NCBI GenBank assembly: GCA_951406725.2 | Contig: OX597832.1 | Span: forward strand, 42,098,001 to 42,162,000 | DNA: 64,000 nt | Direction of reading: 5' to 3' | DNA from: Octopus vulgaris | Taxonomy: Eukaryota | Shown: positions 1 through 13,010 of the stretch, piece after piece | How positions within the stretch are numbered: position 1 is the stretch's first letter | Layout of the letters: every line of letters starts with the position of its first letter | Notes under the pieces: model-generated | What the model saw: only the letters and a program-made list of their open reading frames with translations | Told to the model about the DNA's origin: nothing | Database searches by the model: none | Translations under genes and position numbers: made by a program

Positions 1-104
1 CTCAAATACCAGTGGTAGAGTAATATGCTTTATTTAAAGTAGCAGAAAATTCAACAAAACCTGTTACTCGGAGTTTCTCGTTGCTGTTCATTGGACAGTT
101 TTTG

Positions 105-106
<2 letters not shown>
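1..106 (-). mobile_element. Same family, single arm truncated by window edge
   Basis: Sequence matches 63710-63825 in reverse orientation. Core decayed to CCAATGA. Ends in (TA)n. Confidence 0.75.
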
Positions 107-135
<29 letters not shown>

Positions 136-674
136 CTTCCTCTTTATTGTTACTATCATCAATAAACTCCTCATTGAATATCACTGCTGCTGCTATCCTA
201 GTCTTCTTTAATGCCACCAGCACCACCTATCCAATGTCATCTTAACCACCACCCCCGCTATCATTATTCCCCACCACCATCACATAACCACTGGCATCAT
301 CTTCACTACTACCCCATCCTCCCCAACCTTACCTTTCAAAGATTGATTCCATAAAAGCATTACAATTGCCTTTGTTTAGAGATGATCACATTCAAATTTA
401 GAAGAAATAACAAAATCATCATCAACCAGGTTCCAATAAATGGACCAATTAAATAATGTAGCCCAAGGTAGACTTACACCTAAAACATAAAATTAAAGAC
501 AGGACGGCCACAGTTCAAATGTTTAGATCTTTAGTCATGCACCTGCTAAATCAGTTGTTCTCAACCATTTTCTGCCTGTGGACCCCTTGATTACTATTTT
601 ATGCTGATGGACCTTCATAGCTGTTCGATGGGTGACCTTTTAGTATTTAAACTGGCAATATCACCCCCAATAAT

Positions 675-1335
675 CAGAATCTGAACTCAGAATGTGAAGA
701 CAGACGAAATACCTATTTCTTTACTATCCACAAGGGGCTAAACACAGAGAGGACAAACAAACGAATTAAGTCGATTATATCGACTCCAGTGCGTAACTGG
801 TACTTATTTCATAGACCCTGGAAGTATGAAAAGCAAAGTCGACCTCGGCGGAATCTGAACTCAGAATGTGAAGACAGATGAAATACTTATTTCTTTATTA
901 CCCACAAGGGGCTAAACACAGAGAGGACAAACAAGGACAGACAAACGGATTAAGTCGATTATATCGACCCCCCAGTGCGTAACTGGTACTTATTTAATCG
1001 ACCCCGAAAGGATGAAAGGCAAAGTTGACCTCAGCGGAATTTGGACTCAGAATGTAGCGGCAGACGAAATACCACCAAGCATTGCGCCCAGCGTGTTAAC
1101 GTTTCTTATTTCGTTATTGCCCACAAGGGGCTAAACATAGAGGGGACAAACAAGGATAGACAAAGGGATTGAGTCGATTATATCGACCCCCAGTACATAG
1201 CTGGTACTTATTTAATCAACCCCGAAAGGATGAAAGGCAAAGTCAATCGCGGCAGAATTTGAACTCAGGACATAACGGCAGACAAAATATGGCTAAGTAT
1301 TTCGCCTGGCGTGCTAACATTTCTGCCAGCTCGCC
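675..1335 (-). mobile_element. SINE family B, tandem array
   Basis: Repeated unit of about 170-220 bp with GAGTTCAAATTCCGCC (B box) and GCCTTTCATCCTTTCGGGGTCGATTAAATAAGTACCAG (resembles the Deu/Nin-type SINE central domain). Confidence 0.85.
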
Positions 1336-3334
1336 ACCTTATTTTATGTTTAAACTGGCCATGTCCAGCTTATCACAGCTACCCCACAATGCCATTGTAA
1401 AATTTAAACAATCACATCATTGAAATATCAAAGCTACAAAATAATGCAAGATTAATTCAAATCAGTGTGTATAAATAAAAGGGTTAGAAACTAGTTCCCT
1501 ATTTTGCTGTTCACACATCAACTTATGAAGGTTGAACTATGTAAAACATTAGAGATAGAAATCTTGCCGTTTCTTGCAAAAAATATATCTAAAAGGAAAT
1601 ATTTTCATGAACCTTTAAAATACTACAGTGGGTACTCATTTTTACTATTTTGCTTCCATGAACCTCTAAAAATCTTATATGGACCCTGGTTGAGAGCAAT
1701 TGCGCTAAACGATGGCCTCAATAAGTACCAAAAGATACACTGTACAATAGAGAAAGGCAGAATAGTCATGGTTGGAACACCTTTGGTCATTGTTCTGCTC
1801 AGTCAGAGCTGACCTGGAGCCTCAACTAACAACAGGTCCTATACAGGGAGATAAAGAACTGATCACCAAGGTCTTTCATCTTTTCGTGGTCAATAAAATA
1901 AAGTACCAATCAAGTACTGAGGTTAATGATACTGAGTTGCCCCTCCCCTCAAAACTGTAGGCTTTGTGCCTAAACTTTAAAATTATTTCTATTACAAATT
2001 CTGAAAGCTGAAATGAATAGGACTTTGTTCTTTTTTTTTTCTCTCTCTCTAACTAGTTTCAGCCATTAAGTCGTGGCCATGCTATAGCACCATCCTAAGA
2101 ATTTAGTGATTTATTAATAAATAATGTATACAAGAATGTGCGTGTGCTGTGACAGATAACAATAGGAGATTTGATTGTGAAGAAGACAGAAGCCATGATA
2201 AAGCACACACCAAAAAAGGGACGAAGATTAGATAATGGCACCACATCCACACCAAAGTTATTTAAAGCACACTGACTAACTGAGACTTTTTTTAGAAAAA
2301 TTCTTAGAGATTCTTAGATTTTTCTATTTTGGCTTTTATATTTTAATTAAATTTTTGTATTTTGCTTCTCCATAATTTTTTTTTATAGAAACAAAGAGAT
2401 TTAAAAAAAAAAAAGAATTGCAAATGGACACAGGTATGGCTGTGTGGTTAAGAAACTTGCTTCCAGACCATGTGGTCTTAAGTTCAGTCCCACTGCACAG
2501 TACCTTGAACAAGTATTTTCTATTATAGCCCTAGGCCGACCAAAGCCTTGTGAGTGTATTTGTTTGATGGAAATTGAAAGAACCCGTATGTATGTATATT
2601 TTACATCATTCTTATGGCCATACCTTGTGAAACAAATTTTCATCAGTAAGGTAGAATGGTGCAAGCAGTAAGTTTTTCTCTCACCTTTGCCCTCTCCCTC
2701 TCTCAGGCATGCACAATGGTAAAGAAGTTTAGTTCACAGACATGAGATCCTGAATTCCAACCCACTAAGATAAAAGATGTTATTGGGGTGGATGGAATGT
2801 CTTACTGCTGTAGCATCAGATTAATCCAAACCCTGTCAGTGTAATTAAGGAGATATCAACTGAGTAGCAGCCTTGCAGAGGGATCCTGAAATTTAATGGT
2901 CCAGCTTCATGATGCCATGTAATGGTAATTCTATTTCAGAATCACATAAGGGGAGCACGTGTCAGGAATACTCAGCCACTTCTACGAAATACACACGCTA
3001 ATCCAATGAGAGCTGCATTCTGAAAATTAGATGCTTGTATGCCATTCTCAATAAAATAAAGCTCATCAGGTGTATGTGTGCGTGGGGGGGTTGTATGAGA
3101 GGGAGGTAGGAAGGAGGGGGAAAGGAAGAGAGGGAAAGGGGAAGAGAGAGGAATGGAGGGGAAAGTGAGATGAAGAGAGAGGATGTGTGACTAAGAAGTT
3201 TGCTTCACAACCACATGGTCTCAGGTTCAGTCCCATGACATGACCTCTTGGGCCATGGCCACTGTCAGCTACTGTAGCCCCGGGATGACAAGTGCCTTGT
3301 GAGTGAATTTCATAAATAGGAAAATATACAGAGC

Positions 3335-3565
3335 CTTATTTCTTTATTGCCCACAAGGGGCTAAACATAGAGGGGACAAACAAGGACAGACAAAGGGATT
3401 AAGTCGATTACATCAACCCCCAGTGCGTAACTGGTACTTAATTTATCGACCCCGAAAGGATGAAAGGCAAAGTTGACCACGGCGTAATTTGAACTCAGAA
3501 CGTAGCGGCAGACGAAATACTGCCAAGCATTTCGCCCAGCGTGCTAACGTTTCTGCCAGCTCGCC
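3335..3565 (-). mobile_element. SINE family B, single copy
   Basis: Full head GGCGAGCTGGCAGAAACGTTAGC through tail. Partial copies also at 32705-32865, 47240-47355 and 54600-54772. Confidence 0.85.
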
Positions 3566-3850
3566 AATACAGAGCCTGCCTGTCATGTAGTCACCTGCAT
3601 GCATCTGTGTTAATGTTTATATTCTGAGCTGAACTGCAGACAATGATGTTTAATATCCTCCAGTCAAATAATTGTCCAGGAGCTCTACGCTTTCAAAGAC
3701 AAGTTGAATGAAAACCTCTTTTACTTGAAAAACAAGTATTTTGTTATCAGCTGTAAAACAATGCTTCAATAATATGTATTCATCAAACCCATGCTCATAT
3801 GAAAAAACAGATGTAAAATGAATGGGTGTGTATATGTGTGTGTATGTATA

Positions 3851-4044
3851 TAGTCGCCATGATTGATCGTTAGCCACTATACACATTTTTTTCTCTCCTT
3901 GTTTTTCTGTGTCCCTTTCTGTAGAAGAGCGTAGGCTCAAATTGTAAAAGACTTTTTCTATTCCTGAGTGTTATACTAATACATCTGTTTGTTTTGTACA
4001 CCACCCGTCTTCGTCTTTTGTTTTTTTCATAAACTCTCCCTATA
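3851..4044 (+). mobile_element. PLE-terminal-repeat-like fragment with degenerate HHR
   Basis: CTTT-CTGTAGA-A-GAGC(GTAG)GCTC-AAATTG-TA-AAAG has the same architecture as 40644 but a mutated core. Bounded by AT/AC microsatellites. A related minus copy lies at 57691-57869. Confidence 0.55.
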
Positions 4045-4779
4045 TGTATGTATATATATATATACACACACACACGCACAAACATACATACATACATACA
4101 TATGATACCAACTTTTAAAATAGGCTTATGATTAGATACAATATTATTGGGAACAGAAAGCCAGCTAATATTCTACATCTACTGGTTCCAGACTTCTTAG
4201 GAATTCCTTACAGACAGACACACACACCCCCAATGATCTACCAGTATCATTAGTTGAAAGAAACCCCTCCCAAACCTGTGCCAAAAGACATCTCACTCAT
4301 GACCATCTCAACTTTTCATCTAGATTGAAAACTGAGAAATGGTTCACAGAATTTGTCGTTAAGCTAAATAAACCAAGTGAGCAGTAATGACTAGAGTGCC
4401 ATGGTTTTGAATGAATATAAAAAATTATATTCCATATGTTTAATTAACATACATTTAGCTTCATTGTGAAAACTATAGCCCGCTGGTTTAATTAACTACA
4501 GGGCTTTATTTTTACAGTGAAACTAAACAATGTTTACTAGACACATGACTATAACTCAGTAGACCAGTTGCATTACTATTAACTAAACCTATAAACTATT
4601 GAGTTTTAACAATGTAACACTAATGTCTTTTATGACCACAAGAAGCCTTTCTGTCAGTGAATTAATGATTCCTTACATAATGACACTGCATGGTCACAAT
4701 CTACTAACTTGCTGGAAACGAGGTTGAAACAAATATTTGTTAGAGTAGGCTGTGAAGTTGTGGTGGAATATATATATAT

Positions 4780-5146
4780 CATCATCATCATCATTGTTTA
4801 ACGTCCGCTTTCCATGCTAGCATGGGTCGGACGGTTTGACTGAGGGCTGGCGAACCAGATGGCTGCACCAGGCTCCAGTCTTGATCTGGCAGAGTTTCTA
4901 CAGCTGGATGCTCTTCCTAACGCCAACTACTCCGAGAGTGAAGTGGGTGCTTTTACGTGCCACCGGCACGGGGGCCAGTCAGGCGGTACTGGCAACAACC
5001 TCACTCGAATCTTTTTACACATGCCAACGGCACAGGTGCCTCTTACATGCCACCAGTATGGAAGCCAGTTAGCCACTCTGGCAACGATCACGCTCGGATG
5101 GTGCTCTTAGCTCCCTACTAGTATGGGGCTAAGTGCTAGTAAGGCG
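4780..5146 (-). mobile_element. (GAT)n-tailed RTE-3'UTR-type repeat
   Basis: Same family as 48908-49138. Confidence 0.85.
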
Positions 5147-6352
5147 ATATATATATGTGTATATATATATATAACCAATATATATCCATGTAGTAGGGAT
5201 TTCAAAACAAAGGGGTAGGCCTCAGATATTCAGTTACCGTAATGAAGAGAGGTCATACAAATAAAGTTAACATAATGGGGGGGGGGGGGAGTTATACAAA
5301 TGTACAATCTGAGTTAAATGAAGTCATACAGTGAGTGCAAAGTGGGGAGGTCACACAGATGTTCAGTTAGAATAAAGGGAAGCATCGCACAGATATACAG
5401 TTACTGTAACAGAAAAGAGGTCATACAGATGTACAGTTAGGGTAAAGGGGAGGGGTCACATAGATGTTCAGTTTCTGTAAGGGGGGAGGTCACACACATA
5501 TTCATGTACAGATGTATGGTTAAAGTAAAGGGGAGAAAGGTCATATAGATGTAAAAGGAACATTGAATCTGCATTTTAAATGTTGACATGGCAGTGTGGC
5601 TCAGAAGTTGTTTCATAACTTCATGGTTTGGGGTTCAGTTCCACTGTACAAAACTTTAGTCAAGTGTCTTCTATCATTGTCTTGAGTTAGCCAATGCCTT
5701 GTGTGAAATTATGAAGGCATAGACAGGAACTGTGTGGAAGATCATCATGTATGTGTGTGTGTGTCAATGTAAAACTGAACAAAAATATATCTTGTGGTAC
5801 TTAGGAATTGAAGTTATATCCCTTTACACTAGAAATTAAACTGAGTAATTCACCCCAGCATGGCCACATTGCAATGGTTAAAAACAATAAAAGAAAGTTA
5901 GTCATACATTACATTTACCCAAATTTACTGTCAATATAGACAAATGGATTGTTGAAAGAAAAAGATGGGAGGGGAGACATGATGATGATAAATAATGGAG
6001 ATGACAAAAATGATAAGATGATAATGAAAATAGCAAACAAACGACAAAAACGATGATGATTAGGAAAGAGATGATCATGACATTGTCAACCGCAATAGGA
6101 CGACTTGTCTTGGTTTGAGGATGGAGGTTATAGTTTAAAGAAATGGCTTTTTATTTTAATCTAAATAGAATCTTTATAAAAAGAACCTGAAACAAAAAGT
6201 AGGCCATCATTACAGTCAGCAATTAGTTTAAACATGGATAGAAAGGCAGCCACACACGTTTCAACTAATTCTTCAATAGCAACTGGTTACTCACTCGATT
6301 CTTTTGATTCATACTCTAATTGGAAATACAAGGAATGCATGCACACACACAT

Positions 6353-6417
<65 letters not shown>

Positions 6418-7143
6418 TCAATAGCCAGTGTTAATGATCTGGTACATTTAATTTCCTGGCTTAATTTGAAGCAGAGGTGTTTACAGGCTGAGAAAATGAG
6501 CTTAATAATTAATTAGCAAGAGAGGTAACAATAAAATAAAAAACAAAACAAAACAAAAACTCAATGACTCTGATTTGAAAAGTCTATGTTAACAGTAGTT
6601 AATTTGAAGAATATATATTAACATTTGCTACCGGCTGGAATAAAAGTCTGTGATAAAAAAAAAAAAAACACTAGTAACTGGTATGAAGGAAAGTTGTGTC
6701 AACACCAGTAACATAGTTTGAAGCAAAGTAGAGTTAGTAAGGTAAATTAACATTAGTAACTGACTGACTTGAAGAGTCTTTAACACTAGTAATTGGCTTA
6801 AAGAAAAGTATGTATTAAGAGATTTCTAAAACATATCAACAGAAGAAATTCTAATTTTCCAACCAACTGCCAAGCTTTACAAGTCAGAAATCCAATTTAA
6901 TTCAAACAGTTCCAGAAATACTTTAATCCTGTTTTATCTTTGATTTAAATGTCTTTATAAACAAGAGAGTGGTGTTGGCTAGGTCTGCTCAGCTCTGCAC
7001 TAAGATGACCAATCAAACAAAGGATTCTGTAGATATCTCTAGCCGTAGCCATTCTGTCTTTATAACAGAGCATTTTGTCCATAAGATTTAGGATTTGAAA
7101 GACACTGTCCCCCACCATAAAGATGATAGGGAATTTCTTTTAA

Positions 7144-7364
7144 CCCTTTCGTTACTGTATTTATTTTGAGATGCTCTGTGTTTCTTCCAATTATTTTAAA
7201 TATAACAAAGAATTTAATAAAATAACTTAGTTATCATTCAGCTAGTGTTAGGTATACAAATTGCGACTAAGGTTTGGTGGAAGATTTTAATGCAAAACTT
7301 ATGAAAACAAGACATTTGTACAACAGAGTCAGAACCGGCTTTGGCTGGGTTGGTAACGAAAGGG
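7144..7364. mobile_element. piggyBac-type MITE
   Basis: TIR CCCTTTCGTTAC / GTAACGAAAGGG with TTAA on both sides (7140-7143, 7365-7368). Confidence 0.88.
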
Positions 7365-7602
7365 TTAAATTAGGCCAATACATTCAACAAGTTGTTTAGA
7401 CCCAGATCTATTGGTCCAATGACTACTTCAGAAACAATGCTATAAAGGTAGGTCATTCACTAAATCATTGTATCTTGGTTGAAAAAGAGACTTAAACAGG
7501 GCTAATTGTAAGTCTAATAAATGCAGATAATTCCAAACAAGATTATTCACCCAATGGTGAGAGAATGGTTTAACTAACCACAACACCCTACAACTTAACT
7601 CC

Positions 7603-7854
7603 CTTAACACGACATTTCAGCTAATATACCCTCCAACCTTCATCAGGTGTCTTGGGGAAATTTTGAACCCGAGTTCTCATTCCTAAGGTATGTTAAAAAT
7701 AGCAGTCTGTCCACCCTCTTTTCAATCCTAAAGCACTCTCCCCACAGCTATCAGAGCCATTAACCACTATGCCATATGCCCTCGGGCATATGTTGTAGTG
7801 GTTAAGAGCGTGGGCTACTAACCCCAAGATTCCAAGTTCAATTCCAGACAGTGA

Positions 7855-7886
<32 letters not shown>

Positions 7887-8030
7887 TCGTAAAATACCGT
7901 AGGAATGAGAATCCAGGTTCGAAATTTCCCCAAGACACCTGATGAAGTCTGGAGGGTAAATCAGCCGAAATGTTGTGTTAACAACAAACAAGATGAGGAC
8001 AAATATCCGTCAAATGTAAATAATGTAAAC
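7603..8030. mobile_element. tRNA-headed, HHR-containing element in inverted (head-to-head) arrangement
   Basis: Symmetry centre CATATGCCC-TC-GGGCATATG at 7773-7792. tRNA-like head with A/B-box-like motifs at 7784-7856, then (TAA)n, then HHR motif ACAC-CTGATGA...GAAA-TGTT-GTGT (7935-7978). Mirrored HHR on the minus strand at 7607-7650 (GAAA-TG-TC-GTGT). Confidence 0.7.
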
Positions 8031-8117
8031 ATACAGTCCTGGGCAAGTGTCTTCTACTATAGACCTATGCCTTCTGGGTGAATTTTGTAGATGGAATACT
8101 ACTATCATAATTAATAG

Positions 8118-9240
8118 TCATCATCATCATTTAAGATGTTGTCCATGCTGGCATAGGTTTGATGGTGTGACCAGAGCTGGCAATCTGGGGAGCTGCACCA
8201 GACCCTAGTCTAATTTGATAGGGTTTCTACAACTGGATGCCCTTTCTAATGCCAACCACTTTACAGAGTGTGTTGGGCACTTTACATGGCACCAGCTGTG
8301 TGCTTTTACGTGGTCCCACGCGGGTGCTTTTACGTGGTACCACGCGGGTGCTTTTACGTGGTACCACGCGGGTGCTTTTACGTGGTACCACGCGGGTGCT
8401 TTTACGTGGTACCACACGGGTGCTTTAACATGTCACTGCCACAAGCGCTTTACACTACCAGAAGGATCAGTCTTAACACTTTCGCTGTGGGGTATAGGCC
8501 TTCTTGAGTACAGCCAGGTGCCAAGTGTCTTGGTCCTTTGTCATCTTGCCTGAAAGGTTCACCTTCCTGAGGTCGACGTTTACTACTTCATCCCATGTCT
8601 TCTAAGGTTTCCCACTCCCACATGTTTCACCCACTTTGAGAGATCAACACTTCTTTAAGGAGCTGTCAGCATCCACCCGCATCACATGACCAAACCAGCA
8701 TAAACTTCTCTCTTGCACTCAGCGCCCAATTCCTCTTACGCCTAACTTCTCTCTCCGGTAGACAGAGAACACCACTGGTACTCTGTCAAACATGTACGCT
8801 TACATGACACATCGAGCGGAGCATACTAGCCTCATTCCTTCCTTAACCTTTACTTGTCCTCTGAGAGAGAGACCTTTCATGGCCAACGGAGGCAACAACT
8901 CTCTAAATTTCTTCCATCCTATTCTTATTCTAGCTATCACACTCTCCGTGCATCCTCCTCTACTAATTTGGTCCCCTAGGTAGCAAAAATTATCTACTAC
9001 CTCTAATGAGCAACAGGGCATTTGAGAGAATCAATTTCCTGAGTCTCTGAAGTTTTTATGGAGCCTGTGCATCTTCCACACACAGAAACTATCTTCTCTG
9101 ATAACCTTGCAATTAATTAATCCAGTGCATCACTTGAGTATCCATAGCTTGCACTGAGTACACCGTATGGAGTTCCTGCTTACACCTTTAGTACAAATCA
9201 AACAGGGCCACCTACTTGAAGAGTGTAGGGTCCTATCAGC
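8118..9240 (-). mobile_element. RTE-group LINE 3' portion (Cys-rich segment, RT C-terminus, 3'UTR, (GAT)n tail)
   Basis: ORF 8800-9021 has LEVVDNFCYLGD...ARIRIGWKKFRELLP. It is contiguous with the widespread (GAT)n-tailed repeat. Confidence 0.8.
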
Positions 9241-9943
9241 TTAGATGAAATTCTGCTAAGTAATTTGCTCGGCATGCTAACAATTCTGCTAGCACACTGC
9301 CATTCAGCCAATTGAAATTTTCCCACTTTTGCCATCATACCATCACCAGTACCACTACAGCTCTTATGTTTCTAACTGCAAGATTAGTTGTCCAAAGGCT
9401 AACCTATTAAAAAACAATAGTGTGTAGGCAGCAAACACCTACCACCACCACTGCAGCCAGAGAAAACTAGTCAAAACGCAGGTCTGCCAGGAGTGTGTAA
9501 CTATGCTTTTCTGCCAGTTGCTCTGGACTTAGAAAGGTTAAGCGAATAAATGAATTAGATACAGATGAATAAACGTGTAACGATGGCGTTTCACTGAAAC
9601 CTCACCAAGAAACCCGTCCAAGTTGCAGGCAAAATAATGTCCATCAGCTGATTAGGCTTCTACAGGCTTCTAGCAAACCTTTTTGGTCAATAGCCATAAA
9701 ATGAAAATGCTGTATTTTACTTTATTGACAAAAGTGACTTTCACATTATCCTACGCGATAAATAAAATTAAAAAACCCAATATGGAAATATTTGGCAGAT
9801 TTGTAAAATGTAGGCTGTAGGAAATAATTCAATGTCTAAACAGACACTATCTATTAAGTGAAATAAATCTTAAAAGAGCAATAAAAAGATTCATAACTAC
9901 AATCCATAGTTGTGAGTGTGTGTGTGTGTGCATGCATATATAT

Positions 9944-9993
<50 letters not shown>

Positions 9994-10000
9994 GTATATA

Positions 10001-10387
10001 TCTCTCTCTATATAAACGGCAGTTTGTCTGTGCGTGTTTCTGTGTGTCTGTTTGCTTGTACCCTCACCCTGACCATGGCTTTCAACCGATTCTGATGAAA
10101 CTTGACACACACATAGCCCAATGTCATAATTCAAAACTAACGCAGCGAAAACTTTGAAAAGTTCCCCCAGTTCTGAAAAAAATCGATAAATTCGACATGG
10201 GGTCGAGAATCAAAAAAAACAAACCACAGACTGTCTAGGGGACGCAACTCAACCTTTTTTTACTCTCAAAAAAAAATTTACCATCATTTATTTTCCATTT
10301 TTTTGCTATTTTTTGGCTATAACTCTCTAAAAATGCTTTATAGTTATTTCCCTTACAAACCTGAGCAACGCCGGGCGATACTGCTAG
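10001..10387 (+). mobile_element. Non-autonomous Helitron-like element
   Basis: 5' TC start, GC-rich subterminal hairpin-like CCTGAGCAACGCCGGG, 3' CTAG, and A/T insertion context. No TIR or TSD. Confidence 0.65.
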
Positions 10388-10575
10388 TGTATTTATAAAT
10401 AAGGATAATATCGATATTATCAAGTGGTCAGCATGGGAATAAATACCATACAAAGGTAATAATTTTTTACAACTATAAATAAGGGTGTCCGAGGGACACC
10501 ACCATGCCGAAATAGCAGTCAAACCCTGACTCTAAGAACTACCTAAAATGTTCATATCGCACATATATATATATT

Positions 10576-10888
10576 TTTTCTAGTTTCAGCTCAGAGCTGC
10601 GGCCATGCTTATGCACCACCGTTTTGTGCTACACTGTTATTACGAAGAACCTCCTCTAATATGTGGCACTTGGTGAAGAATGGAGTTTGATATAGCTACC
10701 CTCATTTGCACCTCTTGCCGTGAGGTAGGTTCATCTGGGACTCTCGATAGGAAGATGTCCAGCTTTGATTTAAAAACTGCTACATCTACTTTGTGCAAGT
10801 TCCTCAGACTCTTTGGGAGAATATTAAAAAGCTGTGGGCCCTTGAAACCCAGGCTGTTGCAGTAACTGGTCCTGAAGCGTGATGGCAT
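10576..10888 (-). mobile_element. 3' fragment of the same CR1-type LINE
   Basis: GPQLFNILP...KLDIFLSRVPDEP plus the same tail (CTAGTTTCAGCTC). Confidence 0.85.
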
Positions 10889-12336
10889 GATATATATATA
10901 TATATACACACACACACATATATACCAGGCATGTGCTGTCAGTAATTACTCAGTCGCATGCCTGTGTTTCGCTTACTTTTTGTGTTTTACTACATAAAGG
11001 TCCCCAACCACCTACCCTGAGTTGAAGGCAGGTTTACTTCAGCCTTAAAGAAAACGGTGTTGTAGGAGTGTACAACACTTACCCACCCCCAATACTTATG
11101 TCTCACTTAGATGAGGGGGTCTCCTCTTGACTTCACCAGTGCTTTGTTTTTCATGGCACCAGCATTATGGTTGGCATCAGGAAGGGTATCGAGCAGCAGA
11201 AATCATGTCAAAGCAGACAGTGGAGCTCTGTGCAGCTTTGTGGCTCATGTGTCTATGTTGGAACTGTTCAACCCATGCCAGTATGGACAAAAAAAAAAGG
11301 GATGGAACTGACAAAGACATCAACACACACACAAGCATCATGCAATCTGTGTGTTACACAAAGAACCGATTCCATTGTCGTCAATAAAATTAATAATTTG
11401 AAGTTTTTCCACAATGTTTTTATTCTATTTACTATGGTTTCAGATATCTCCACAGCTAATCAGATCACCAAAGAAACAGAAGCTAGCAAAGAACTACAAA
11501 GCAGTGTAAGCATTCAAATATTATTTCACTAGTACTTTTACTGTTAGCTCCTCCATACCTGCTACATGTGAAGTCTTCCTCCTCTGTTAGTCTACTAGTG
11601 ACTCCACTATTCTCATGTGGCTACACCTTAAGGCATTTCTATGTACTCCTTTTCTGCATAACCACGTTTTGGATGTCCAAAGGATTGGTTGTACTTCCCT
11701 TGCAAACTAAAATGTTTGATGTTGCTAAATTTACAATGAAGCCTCTCAACTCTAGACTTTGCTTCCATATTTGGAAATTCTGTAAATCGTTGACAGATAC
11801 AGCTATGAAAACCAGGCCATGGCATACAGGAATTCTTACAGTCATCATCATCATCACCACCATTTAATGACTCGACAAAACCCAACAGGTCCAAGGACTG
11901 CATCATGCTCCAATATCTACTTTGGCACTGCTTCTTAGGCTGGATGTCCCTCTTAATGCCAACCACTTTACAGCATGTAAGGGGTGCTTTTTTGCCCCCT
12001 TTCTTTGTGGCACCAAAACTTGTGAGGTCATCATACACTTTGCAAGACTAAGACCTCTATTCACTGAGTGGGGCTACAGTAGAGAGGACAGTGGCTTTTA
12101 TGTTAGGAGATTGGGGGGTTAAAGTATTAGAGAAGGGGCAGTTTCATTTCTAATGCCCTTGAAAACTAAAAAAAAAAAAAAAAAGAACTGGAAACTCAGC
12201 ATTGATGAACAAAAGGCAACAATTGAGCAGGAGATGGTTTTATGCTGGGAGATGAGAGAAGCCAGTTCCTCTCTAATGCCCTGGAGAACTATAACAAACA
12301 AAAGGGGACTAAGAACTCAGTACTGACAAAAATCTA

Positions 12337-12635
12337 TCATCATCATTTAACGTCCGCTTTCCATGCTAGCATGGGTTGGACGATTTGACTGAGGTCTGGC
12401 GAACCAGATTCCAATCTGATCTGGCAGAGTTTCTACAGCTGGATGCCCTTCCTAACGCCAACCACTCCGAGAGTGTAGTGGGTGCTTTTATGTGCCACCG
12501 GCACGAGGGCCATTTTAGTGGTACTGGCAACGGCCACGACCAAATGGTGCTTTTTACGTGCCACCTGTACAGGAGCCAGTCCAGCAGCACTAGCGACGAC
12601 CTCGCTCGAATGTTTCACATGCCACCATGTGCTAG
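12337..12635 (-). mobile_element. (GAT)n-tailed RTE-3'UTR-type repeat
   Basis: Same family. Confidence 0.85.
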
Positions 12636-12799
12636 CTGAATTCACTTACTGGCTTCGTCTTACTGACAGTGCATAAGTACATAAGTACAGTGGTTAAGTC
12701 TTAGCTAAAACTTTTCCTGTAAATTGTCTCACTAGAGAAGGGAACATTAGTGGTACTCTTGTCCTGGCACAGACACAAACTGCATCTCCTCTAAGCTAA

Positions 12800-13010
12800 T
12801 TCACTTTCTAATCAGTTTGTGCATCCAACTCTGTTACCTTCATGATCTGGCCCATCACCTTGATACCTCTGTAATTGCTGCTTTCTAAGAGCATCTCCTT
12901 CGCCCTTGTAGCAGTTAGTCGATGATTATGCTTGCTAAGGCAGTTATTAGGTGTGATGCCTCCCTGTACTACCTGATTGAATATGCAGCCGACTAGCACT
13001 ATTGTTACTT
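12800..13010 (-). mobile_element. RTE-type RT fragment
   Basis: SSNYRGIKVMGQIMKVTE motif (NYRGI). Confidence 0.6.

Noticed and set aside
3650-3752. Minus-strand acceptor-like site as AMMECR1 exon 2 (also 16560-16707)
   Set aside because: No frame gives AMMECR1 residues, and all frames hit stops.
11444-11505. Plus-strand exon-like segment (TTTCAG...GTAAGC)
   Set aside because: No recognisable protein or partner exons; it lies among decayed LINE fragments antisense to the AMMECR1 intron.
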